Source of the DNA: Tubiluchus corallicola
Lineage: Eukaryota > Animalia > Priapulida
DNA: 64,000 nt
Assembly (NCBI GenBank): GCA_030141605.1
Contig: JAQGDQ010000002.1
Location: forward strand, 3,038,001 to 3,102,000
Reading direction: 5' to 3'
Shown here piece after piece: positions 50,311 to 64,000 of the stretch. The first letter of the stretch is position 1. Each line of letters opens with the position of its first letter. A model generated the notes under the pieces. That model saw nothing but the letters and a program-made list of their open reading frames with translations, was not told the origin of the DNA and did not search any database. The position numbers were made by a program, and so were the translations under genes.

Positions 50311-52000
50311 ATCATTTCGGCAGCATAGGTATAACTCTGTGTATATTAGAAATAGAGCATCGTTTTGCCCGTGCATCATTTTGCCAGGGCACAATTTCGC
50401 CGTATATAGTGACAAGTATTTAAATGTACATAGCATCAGAAGTAATTCTATACATATTTTAATACTTGTACACTTTGGCAGTGTATTATTTCGCTAGTGT
50501 ATCGTTTTGCCAATCTATCATCACCTGTTTATCATGATGCTCTTTGCATCCGATGATATTTGAGGCTAATGGATATTGCTTAAATACACGTTTTCATTGA
50601 AACATTTGAGCAAAGCCAATCACAAAGGCAAGTGGCACATTTCTAGATCCCCATGAAGTACAGAATTGATGCGTCATGCTAAAATTGCCAGACGGTTTCT
50701 GTTTGGCCAGAAATTTGCGATAAGTAATTAAAGTTTCGCATACCCAAATAATAACCATTCAGAAAATTAATGTTATTTTTGAAGAGCTGCGTACAGCTTA
50801 CGATTAGTGAACTAGTGAACAAATAAAGGTAACCGAGATGACTAAATTTGGTATTCTAGCAATAGAGGTCACATGCCGTGTTACCTTTAGACAACTCTTT
50901 ACCAGTAACCCGAGATACGTAAAAAGCTTATTTTTGTGTTCTTTTTCGGCGCCCTCTGGACTACAGTCTTACAACTTTTTGTCAAAAGTCGAGTGCCTTC
51001 TTTCTAATCCTGTCTCTGGTTTTTATGAGAGTGATATTCTTTTTCTCTTTAATTTAAAACATTGCTAATTTTGAGGAAGCTAGTTCGAAATAACTTTTCC
51101 CAGACATACCCGAATTTTAAACTGCTAAACAAAACAAGTTATACACACATGACAAAAATCGAAAACCAAGAAAACGCCGGAATGGGCGTATTTTTATCTA
51201 TCACAATCTTCCGACTATTGCAAAAAGTCTGTATAGGACCATAGAGATGAAAGGTATTATATCTTCGGGCCTTTTCAGCTAAGTAAATGCAGCCTAGTAA
51301 ATATCTGGTGGGAAACATAATTTCTTTAGAAACTTATGTTCTGATGAAACAAAATGGTAAACGTACAAAATGATACAATGTGTAAACGTTTTGTAAATAG
51401 GAGGAAGCTATAGAATTTTGTATTTATAAAACTGGATTAACTTTTTTACCAATTTTAGTTGTTAAATGTTTATGTAAAGTTGGGTTTATGACATACATCA
51501 GTGTTTGATGTTGTTTTTTGTTTGGTAATGTCCTACGTACCATCTTACATTTATACTTGTTTTGTCTGGTACTTTGTAACTAATGACCGTATAATTTGTT
51601 AGTGTACTTTCACCCAATAAATTAACTAAATTATCTATAAGGAAAACAGATAAGGTTTTCGAACGATACCGCTTAGAGTGAGTGTCGAACTAATCAGAAC
51701 TCAAGGCGGCCCCACCATGCCATACAGCACGCTGTTATTGATCTCTATTACCTTTTCATCACTGCAGAGCTCTAGATTATAACTGCGGGCAGGAACGCCG
51801 TTTCACCTGAGCAGGTGTTGGGTTTCATGCGATCATGACAAACACAGCAGAAGAATAATCATGGACGCAGCAGTTCACATGAAATTTAAATTTCGTTTTG
51901 TACTAATAATTTATTTTCGTGAAAATGGAGAACGGAGAGCCTGAAATTATACGTGATGGCTGCTTATATAATGTGTGATTGATTTCGGTCGTACAACGCA

Positions 52001-54031
<2,031 letters not shown>

Positions 54032-56931
54032 ATTTGAACAATGTCATGATTTTAGTATAATAGTCAAACATAGCATTGTGTTATAATTATTATTTGCACA
54101 TTATACTTAGCCAAGATGTTCCGTCCAGTTAAAGCTGATGCATGAAGTGTATTTAGGACATGAGTCTGTTATAATTTGCGAATTTTACTTATATAGTCCG
54201 TAAGAATAACTCAATAAATTCCGTCCACAAAACTTTTGTGCTTATTTTGTTAATCATAATAAAAAGAAACTTTAATTTGATGCTGTTTTGATTATATTTA
54301 TGAATGTACAATGGAAAAAACTTTACGTGTTTTTGTATGTCTTTACGTGTTGGCTCTTTGCCTCCAGCAACAAAACAGAACTAAAACTTGTAGTTCAAAT
54401 CGTTCGTTCTTAGTAGTGTATTTCGGGGAAGAAAAGAAAGAGATAAGGGTGAGATAGAAAGAGAAGCATACTGTTTTGCAAAATTGCTCCCCGTAGTTTT
54501 AAAAACATGGCCAAAGTAGGACGTGTTGTTCGATGTTTACGTTTTCGATTTCGTTTTTGAAAGCTGAAAATTGGAAGGCAAGAAGCTCTTTCTTATGGTT
54601 TTTCCGAATTAATTCCCGGCGCTCGAGATCTCGAGGCAAAATTTGTGAGCACCAATTTTTTGACATGGATTTTTACTTTCTTCAGCCTCGATAAATGCTA
54701 TTTTTTCAGCATTGCTGTACACAAACTTTGGTTAAACGTGCTGACTTTAAACAAATGCACTTGCTCCCGTGTGTGCGGCTCGCTACAATAATTTGCATAA
54801 TAGAGTAGGTCAGCAAAAAGCAATTAATATAATTACATGCTATCTAGAGAGTAAGCAACTGAAGTTATCCATGACACAGCTTACTTCACACAAAGTTCAT
54901 GTGTGCGTCACACAGCTTTGTTGCATACAGATTTTTTGCCGTGTGCTAATAGTATAATAGGGGTACGACCACAGTTATAAATGTAAGTTAAAACGAGAGA
55001 AGACGTGAGTTTGGCCTTAAGCTTGATTTTATCGCAGGTACATTAGGAAGGGCTTTTACTATTGTCATGAAAATACATAAACTACTTGTTGCACGACTCC
55101 AGGTTTGCGACGGCTCGATGGCGATGTGACAAAAATGTCAGAAATAACATAACAGTGTTCCTTTGTTTTGCATTTATTACAGTGGTTGTTATTTAGTCTT
55201 TATTTTGTACACTCATTCTGTTCGGCAAAAAAAGAATACGTTTTCCTTCCATGACCTTTAAGCCTTTTACGTCAGGTATACACAGAAGATTTTAGGATGA
55301 CCAACAGATATTAACTCCTAATGAGCAGTTCGTATTTTTAAATGCATCACAAGATGTAGAAGTTATTGAAATTAAATGCCATATTGGTCCACAAAATATT
55401 TGAAGATAGGCCCGATTGAGATAACTCAGTGCATGCCTGATTGACTGACTAATTGTAATACATATGTAATTTTAAATTTATAATATATATGTATGTTGCT
55501 CTGTTGTATACCACTTATATGTGGTTTCTTTGTTCAGATGTATAATGTTTTTAAGTCTTGTTTCTTTGTCTCTTGTAATTGTTTTCCTTAATGGTTAAAT
55601 AAATAAATATTAGCATCATTGGCTTTTGATCGCAGAGTATGCCGTTCGCAAATCACTATCTTTGACCTTATATTTGGATTTTTCTTCTGCATGAGTAAGT
55701 TTTAGCCATCTAGGCAGTAAATCAGTAACTAAGATATTAACACTGATGTTTTTCTTAGCTACCGTTTCCATAGCCCATGAATGAAAGATGAGTTAGCGAG
55801 AACGTCTAAATGTTTAAATAAGGAATGCCTAATTAACCATAATTAAATTAGATGTATGTTAGTTACATGCATGACAACACATCTTTCTGCACGTCCGCCA
55901 ATGCAAGATTATTTCTTTGCAATCAACTGCTAAGTCACATCGTAGGCCTGATGCCCTTACATCAAATTTACATCACTCCATGCTCTCGTAGTTCTAGGAA
56001 ACCAAAGATTCGACATTTGAAAGTGAAATAATCGTTTCGAGAAGATAGCAATAGTCGGCGCTGCTTCAATTTCGTTGGTGAGTAGAAGTTAAGTAATATT
56101 TCTAAACGAACGCATATACTACCCCTTTCAATTAATATATCTTTTAATAATCAATTTCCAAAAAGATGGATTTTTGTGCTGTACATCTTGCATCAGTAAT
56201 TGAGACTGTTCTCTTGCTGTACAACTATCTAACTTGCATATTACCACTTGAGCTATCTCTAAAAGAATGTTATTGCCATGTACGTATATTATAATTATTC
56301 GCTGATAGATTTAATCATTTCCTATAATTATGTGTCGGACATCTTATCACTTGTTTGGGTACTTTTGATACTTTTGATATGACATTGCATTGTTTGCAAA
56401 ATCTGTAAAGAGGAACTTTATAGATTTGGCAAACCTGTATATTGTTTTGGCTTGAAAGACAGTAGCAGTGCTAATGTTCCTTACTCAAAATTAATAAGAA
56501 AGCCAAAAATTTTATAAATCAATATACTAACCATTTTTCTGTTCTGCAGGCATCCCTTGGCGTATACATGGCTATAAGAATTCCTCAAATATAAACATCA
56601 AAATGTTGTAAAACGCCCAGTACATTTTACCACCTGATTCAGTGTTCACCGTGTTTATTTCTGATATGAAAGGACTTCATCCAGCTTGTCCAGACCTTGC
56701 TTGCCCACAGGTCCTGAATGTGAAACAGGCGATAAAACTCTCGATGGGTTATTATTTTATGAAGGATATGTGCAGACCATTTTAAAGCTTCAAAATAGTA
56801 ATGGTTGGGTTATAAATGCATCAAATGTGTCAATAGTTTTGATATTTACTGTACTTTGTGTCTTTTTTAAAGGATAAACGGAATTTGACACAAAAAACAC
56901 ATAGTAGCAAAACGACAATAGTATAATAAGA

Positions 56932-57906
56932 ATGGGATTTGGAGTGCACAGATTTCTAGCAAACGTTGACCAGAATCTTCTATGTGCTGTCTGTAGTGGT
57001 GTCCTCGAGGAACCGGTGCTGACTCCATGTGGTCACGCTTATTGCTTAGTGTGCTTGGAGACGTGGCTTTCATGTCAAAATCGAAACAATTGTCCCGAAT
57101 GTCGACAGGAGCTAGAAATATTTGATCTACGACCAGTGCACTCTTTGAGGAACCTCATCAAGTCGATGACGGTGGAATGTGAGAACGTGGAACGTGGATG
57201 CAAGGTGGTGACCAAATTGGAAAACATGTGCAATCATGTTGATGTGTGCGGCTACGTGCAGGTGGAATGCGAGGGATGTAGCGCAGTGGTTCTCAGATAC
57301 GAAATGGCTGCACATCAAGCAGACTGCGTGCAAAAAGCCATACAGACCCATAATCGCCGTCATGACGGTTGCCCAGATTCAGAGTCGTGTAGCAGGGAAT
57401 CGCGAGGAAAAATCTCCGACTTGGTACTGCGAATGGCAACCCTTGAGGTTGAGGTAAAGCGACTTCGGAGAGAATTAGAATTAGAGCAGTTGAAGTGCAA
57501 GAGACTGCAGAGGGAGTTGAAGAGGGCAACGGAAACATTGGAGCAAAGGCAGGAAGAACAGCAGGTTTGGGATAGTCGAGTCCATCCTGCTTATTATGAT
57601 GTTGACTATAACTACGGCAGCACTCCACAATCTATACCTATATTATCTAATCTAATTTCGCGATTCATTGATACTAAGCCTCCGTACATTGATGCCAATC
57701 GTATATTTGAATGCATCAGGAACTGCTATGAGAAGTATGGCAGAGGCGAGGAAAGCTTTGAAAGAGATGTCCACATGTTACTAGCTACAGCAAATGCAAG
57801 TGACTGGTTTACTGACAATCAGCGACTAAGTTTTCATTGCTGGATTCAGAGCATTGCCAGATATAGACAATATTCGCAAAATCTAAATTATCCTGCAAGA
57901 TACTAG
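56932..57906 (+). CDS. RING + TRAF-type zinc finger + coiled-coil E3 ligase (PDZRN3/RNF41/RNF151-type N-terminus, no PDZ), 324 aa, single coding exon
   Basis: MGFGVHRF...VDQNLLCAVCSGVLEEPVLTPCGHAYCLVC...CPECR (C3HC4 RING), then CENVERGC...HVDVC...CEGC...HQADC, a heptad region, and a ~100-aa C-terminal region of unknown family. Confidence 0.9.
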   Translation: MGFGVHRFLANVDQNLLCAVCSGVLEEPVLTPCGHAYCLVCLETWLSCQNRNNCPECRQELEIFDLRPVHSLRNLIKSMTVECENVERGCKVVTKLENMCNHVDVCGYVQVECEGCSAVVLRYEMAAHQADCVQKAIQTHNRRHDGCPDSESCSRESRGKISDLVLRMATLEVEVKRLRRELELEQLKCKRLQRELKRATETLEQRQEEQQVWDSRVHPAYYDVDYNYGSTPQSIPILSNLISRFIDTKPPYIDANRIFECIRNCYEKYGRGEESFERDVHMLLATANASDWFTDNQRLSFHCWIQSIARYRQYSQNLNYPARY

Positions 57907-58399
57907 GCATAGGCTTTAATTTAGACGATATACGTGCTCAGTTTACCTACAACAATGCGCTGACTGCTTGGCTAAGAAGTTAAACAACGTCAGGGCTGGC
58001 TAGTAAATGGATTGCAAAACCAACGGGAGTACAGGCCACCTACAAAGCGTTTCAGCTGTATCAGTTTTTCTTCTTGTCGGTGTACATTTTCAAATGTGGC
58101 TAAGATACGCATCCCGTTTCAGTGTCTTAACGCAGAGATACCTACTATCTAGGTACCAGCACTACCCTTAACACTAGCAAGTCTTGTCCAGTTAAGCACT
58201 AAATATTGTACATAACATCATTTTGACCATAATAATTAAGTCTCTCTGTAGCTCTCTATTTCTCATCTCTATAATAATTCACCTGCTTTTGATTTGTCAT
58301 GTTCTTTTGCTTGGTCTCAATTTGGGTGACGCAATCTTAGTCTTAGATTTAAAAAGTGCGTGTATCTTACAAAAGTGGCTGCGATATGGGGACAAAGTA

Positions 58400-58568
58400 G
58401 TATGTATGTATGTATGTATGTATGTATGTATGTATGTATGTATGTATGTATGTATGTATGTATGCATGCATGCATGCATGCATGCATGCATGTATGTATG
58501 TATGTATGTATGTATGTATGTATGTATGTATGTATGTATGTATGTATGTATGTATGTATGTATGTATG
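58400..58568. repeat. Compound (TATG)n(CATG)n(TATG)n tetranucleotide microsatellite
   Basis: Read directly. Confidence 0.98.
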
Positions 58569-59504
58569 AAGTTTGATATATAACTCCTGATAGTATACTC
58601 TATCTTTGCGAATTGGTCTGTTATCTCATATTGTCACTTGACCGCTTCTGTCAGATTACCCACTTGACAGATTTCAAATTGTATTGTCAATTTTTGCGTT
58701 TTTGTTAATAAAAACAACAACAGCAACAACAACGACGACAACAACAACAACAATAACAATAACAATGACAACGCCTTCCGTCGATTTCTGAATTAAGATG
58801 GGAGGAAAATTCATAAATTATAATATAAATTGGAAAAATGCGTACCTACTTCCTTTCAAATGTTGAAAAAGATCCTAAAATGCGCAATTATTAGTTTAGT
58901 GTTCTGCACATTATACTACCCACAAGAGATTTTCCGTTCAAAGTCAATAAGGTTGATCTGACACTTGTAATTTTTATAATTCAGAAACAGAAACCATATT
59001 ACATATACTATGTGATTGTACAAAGTAAAGCTCACGAGGGAACATTTCAAACAATGGTGGGTGCAAAATACAAGTAACGCATTAGAAATTAATAAGTTTC
59101 TTGTAATTTTTGGAAAGTTTCCGTATAAAAAATTCCTATGTTTAAATAAAGCCATTTTAGTAGTAAAATATTATATATGATGCACCCGAAGCAAATTACA
59201 AACACTGAATTTTAATCACGCAGTGGATTGTATTAAATGTATGTATAAGGTGGAGAAATATGCAAGCGCCAACTTTGGGTTTATAGAAAAAGTTGAAGAA
59301 AGTGGTTACCTTTCAAATATATATTGGAATGATTTAACCGAATAACCGAAATTGCCGGAGTGTAGTTACTGCATATTAGTGGTTACAATAAATTGCACTG
59401 ATACAGTTAATTGATTGGTGCTTGTAATCTTTACTGTTGTTTTAAATGTGTTGTCTTATGTATTTGTAAACTATGTTTTGTATTAAATAAAACATTAAAT
59501 ATAA

Positions 59505-59862
59505 AACAAAACAATAACAACGACAACGACAACGACAAAGACAACGGCAATGGCAACAGCAACAGCAGCAAAAACAAAAACAACAATAACCCAATGACAA
59601 CGACAATGACAGGGACAGCGACGGCGACAGCGTCAATGACAGCGATAGTGACAGAGGCAGTGGCAGCCACAATGACAGCAGCAGCAACAGCAACAATACT
59701 AACACTAGCAGCAGCAGCAGCAATATGCAATAACGACAATAGCAATAACAACAATAATAACGACGACGACGATGACGACGACGACAACGACGACGACGAC
59801 GACAACAACAACAACAGCAACAGCAACGACAACAACAGCAGCAACGGCATTCCAACAGCAGC
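59505..59862. repeat. Degenerate trinucleotide low-complexity tract (AAC/GAC/AGC/AAT); shorter related tract at ~58713-58772
   Basis: Read directly; explains the poly-N/D/C/L ORFs at 59411-59959. Confidence 0.9.
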
Positions 59863-61344
59863 ATCCTTTCAACAAACTTTGACGTACCCACACCAAATAT
59901 TAATGTACCCACACTCTGCGCTTTCAAGTGAGCCGCGAGAAGAGATCCAGTCAGGCTGAGTCATTAAATCTAAAATCACAAGTCACTTCTGTGCCATTGT
60001 GCTTTGCTGGTTTACTAGAGGCACAAACGGATGTCACAGATCAGCATTCACGTAATTATTTACCCACGATTAATCACGGAATGAATAACTTTACAATCCA
60101 AATTTGATCTAACCTTGTTTTTGCGCAATGCTATTATACTATTTGTAGTAATACTAGTGTCACACATAAACAGTGAATTCGTAACTATTTGTTTATAAAT
60201 GGAAAACTTTTAGATTTAAAGAAACTATATATATTTAAAAGTAATTTTCGTGCTATAATATTTGTGGTAACTACTAGTAAGTTAGTAGTTAATAGGGAGA
60301 AGAATAGTATTATTAGCACCATGACCATCATCAAAACATTTTTTATACAGGGAAATGCAATCTTTTCAGCTGTTTCTGCGTGTCAGTAGGTGAAGCTAGC
60401 CGAACGATCCTGTTAATTTATACACATACCAGAACGTGTGACTCTAATAATAATAGTCGTGATCTGGGTCATTTGATCTTCGGTGCAAAATGACAGGAAA
60501 TAGGCCTCCATGTGTCTAATACACCATCATTACAGTTCTAAAATAGATAGAGCTTATCGAGGTTACTATATAAACTGCTTTTCCACCTGCGCGTAGAATT
60601 ACAGGTGACAATGTTCTGCATATGTTCAGTATTTTGATATTCGGAATAACCCCATCATTTTATTTGTTCGTAACTCGACTGATTTGCAATGCAATCTCGC
60701 GATGCATCTCCAATTCTTGTATAAAAATTATTAATTTCTTATTTACAATTTAAAAAAATCTAATTTGTTTAAGTGACTAAAAATTATTATAGTCAGACAT
60801 CATAAAATCATGCTGAACGGGGCCTAATTAAGTTCTTAATTACTGATATGTATGCGTTTCCGAGTAACTGCCGTGAATATTTAGTGTGGTCAAAATGAGT
60901 AGTTGTTTAGACTCGTAACAAATGAATTTATGCTAAAACATGACTCAACAACAAATGCAAAAACCTTTAAGACACGGGAGCCTGAGAAAGTATGATAAAT
61001 TCGTAAAGCTATATCATTTGTTATCATAATTTTATAAAAATTACTAATAGTTTTAATGCATGTTTACGTATTTTTTAATGTTTCAACAAGATTTGTTTTC
61101 ATGTTACGGGTTATGAGCATCAGTTTTAAAATAGTTGTTGGACAAGTCTATCTATATCTGTGTGTGAATATATCGTAGCAAATAATGTTAAACGTTATTT
61201 AACAATACTTATTATTTAGTTATAATGGTAAATATTATAGCTAATGATAAAATAAAAAAATCCTACAGAAATTACGGTCGTGGTTACCAATTACCTAACA
61301 CTGAATAGAATTAATTCACGTTTTACTTAGATATATTAGCAGAC

Positions 61345-61845
61345 GCATTGGGCGCTAAATTGGAACAATGCCGTGGGGGAAGAGTTGGCCCACTAAATCG
61401 GTACCATTCAGAAAAGTTTTCGCCCATAATAACAGCCCAGGTGACCATGGCTATCAAGACGATGATCACACTGTTCAGCAAGTGTGGCGTTGTGCGTTCA
61501 CTCCATTATATGGATCACCACGAAGGTATCGGAAGAAACGGCGCTTCAATGTTCTGGAACGGTACCACCCACAGAAAGGATCGCCATTTTCCGGAAATTC
61601 AGGGGATCGTAAGTTTCCGACAGGCTTCAGGTTACCTTACGCGTAAGTGGCTTTTTCAATCATCAGTTGCTTTGCAACAAATTGTGTATACCGTCGATCT
61701 AGTAACCCCAGAACTCCCCACCAATGAAAACAGGTCAAGCCCTGAAATGAGAAAATATACATTGAGCTCGACATATCTCGGATTCGAACTCACTGTCTTG
61801 TATATTGTATGGCGGCGCGCATCAATCATGAAGGCCAACTGACTA
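61345..61845 (-). mobile_element. Probable tRNA-derived SINE
   Basis: Minus-strand head AGTCAGTTGGCCTTCATGATTGATGCG...GAGTTCGAATCCG has an A-box-like motif and a B-box (61791-61780) at tRNA-like spacing, followed by a relatively GC-rich body in AT-rich flanks. The 3' boundary is uncertain. Confidence 0.5.
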
Positions 61846-61999
61846 ACAGTACGTTTAAATTTAAAGGAATTTAAAGGACGATTGTTTAGACTCAACCTCA
61901 TTTTAATTTACTCTCCAAAATATACATTTTCCTGCCTATGAAAGTTAACAATTGTTCCAAATATTTGAATAATTAGCTTAGAAACCGAACACAGCTATT

Positions 62000-62290
62000 G
62001 CTTACGTCAGAAACTCACTACAGTTTGCGCAATGGCAGGCGTCTTCCTTTGCGCATCAAGCACATTTGCACAAGTGTTACAGTACTGTTTAAACGCATGA
62101 TGTCACGAAAAATGGGCTTTAAATCATATGACGTCAGAAACTAACACTGCAGTTCATGATCATACTTAACACGCTCTTCTATTTGTCGGTCACGCGAATG
62201 TGACAAAAAGCGTCGTTGCAATTCTTAGTAGATTCATTGAGCCGCGCGCAGCTTTGAAAGTTCAACGAAATTTGAGTATTCCAGGTAATT
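62000..62290 (+). promoter_or_regulatory. Putative promoter and first non-coding exon of a downstream gene
   Basis: CpG-enriched, with full CRE TGACGTCA (62129-62136), variant TTACGTCA (62002-62009), GCCGCGCGCA, and donor CAG|GTAATT at 62284/62285. Confidence 0.35.
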
Positions 62291-63645
62291 ATTATTTAAT
62301 CTAAGCTTTGATTAAAAAAAGCTATTTTAGTTTTCAATATTTTACAGCATTCTTTATTCTGAACTAATGTTTACACAATCATCCGGTTTTCCTTTAATGA
62401 TGTGTCCTTGAAATATATTTTCATTCATTTTGCATCAGTGCTACGATGCTATGTTAATAATCAATATTGTTAAAATGAAAATACCATTTAATTTGTGTTT
62501 CAAAACAGTGTTTCAGTGAAAAACGTAGAAAATACTCTAAAGTAGCAAAAGGGTATGATAATGTTTTCAGTGTGGACATTCTTTCTCTCCTGGATAATTC
62601 GCATGTTAGCACATTATCAACAGAAAGCTACAGTGGAATGTATATTTGAATATATAAAGGATCTTTTATTAAAAAAAGTGACTGTTTACCTCCAGCATAA
62701 TCCTTAATTGCACTGATTGATTTCACAATTTAGTCGTTTCGAGGATAGATTGTGCAATTGTGTATTTTTAAATTATCTATTTAATATTCATGCATGGTCC
62801 ATCACGGAGATGTTGTTTTAGATGCAATTTTAATGTATATCTATGTAAAAAATAAATTTCTATTCTCTTCTAGATCAGATCATACTACCTTATATATAAA
62901 TCTTCAATAGTGAACTTAGTATTTGATAAGAACACAGACAAGCAAGCAAGCAGGCACGCAGCCCAATTACCCCTCAGTTGCTCCTTCCAGGACCACCCAT
63001 ATAAATGTCTAATAACATTTGTACACATCTATCAGTTTCAAGGGATAGTTTGTTAAGAATTGTGTGCAATTTTTTGGTGATAATTTTTCTCTATAGTAGA
63101 TGGCGCTAGCAGAACGTCGAAAATCTAGTGGAGAATGTTCTGAGAGGGATGGTTGTTCGTTGATAAAAGACTCCACTGACGAATATCATGCACTGAATTT
63201 AATTCGCGACTGGTCAAATATGTATCTTTCAAGTGATTTTAAAACTGCGTTTAAATGCACTGTATCAGTATAAAATCACAAATTAGGATACTTTTATGCT
63301 TTAGTTTTTACACTGTAACTAATTTTGTGTATATTTTTAATACTTGCTGTGTGTTGGATAGCACTTTCACTTTAACAAAGTTGTTTACTCTGTGTATTTA
63401 TTCCGGTTTATAAGCAATTTAAACATATACAGTAATACTTTTGAGTAACAATGAAAAAATATTTCTATAAAAATTATTTAGTTATTACATAATCTTAAAA
63501 ATTGAAAACGTAGATTAGTCATAAAAATATCACTGAAATATTTTATATTATAGTACAGAAACACAGGTATTACAAAGTCGATTTAAGAACAGAACTCCAA
63601 TATTTTAAAATTTAAAATTTTCCATTAACAAAATTTTTCAATGAC

Positions 63646-63756
<111 letters not shown>

Positions 63757-64000
63757 GAGGCATGTGTGATCATTCTGGCGCACCAGTGGCTAAACATAAG
63801 CCTTTTAAGCATTTTAGTACACCTTGCCAGTCAGGCTAGTCAACCAGTTTACTATTTTCATATTGATAATATACGTTACTTAATTAATTTAGCTATTAAT
63901 TTATCATGTTGTAGGCCTTCTGGTCTAGATTACATCAACACAAACGAATTCGGTGGACATCGCAGTGGATATGATAGACGAAAACATACAGAATCGTATG

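Noticed and set aside
58223-59959. MYVC-repeat and poly-N/D/C/L ORFs
   Set aside because: Artefacts of tetra- and trinucleotide repeats; no splice or coding context.

Overview
AT-rich, intron-containing eukaryotic DNA from an invertebrate animal (taxon not determinable here; SELENON presence argues against insects and nematodes). I reconstructed seven spliced protein-coding genes by hand, all with GT-AG introns and consistent phases. In order: the 5' part of MCM5 (-, runs off the left edge), head-to-head with an RDH11/12/13-like SDR (+); EGLN1/PHD2 with a MYND finger (+); LRRC73 (+); selenoprotein N (-); a signal-peptide/kelch/TM type I membrane protein (+); and a single-coding-exon RING-TRAF-coiled-coil ligase with an unrecognised C-terminal domain (+). 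SELENON shows a complete selenocysteine recoding system that the ORF track misses: an in-frame TGA (39152-39154), an SRE hairpin 6 nt downstream and a 3' UTR SECIS (~36724-36818). Introns and intergenic DNA carry hAT and pogo MITEs (two with perfect 8-bp TSDs), a Gypsy 5' LTR+PBS+gag remnant, a decayed Tc1/mariner, a truncated CR1-type LINE, a probable tRNA-SINE and microsatellites. The least explained signals are an identical 22-bp element in two promoter-like regions (EGLN1 and SELENON/kelch), the kelch-only membrane protein and the RING protein's C-terminal domain. No database searches were run; family calls rest on motif recognition.
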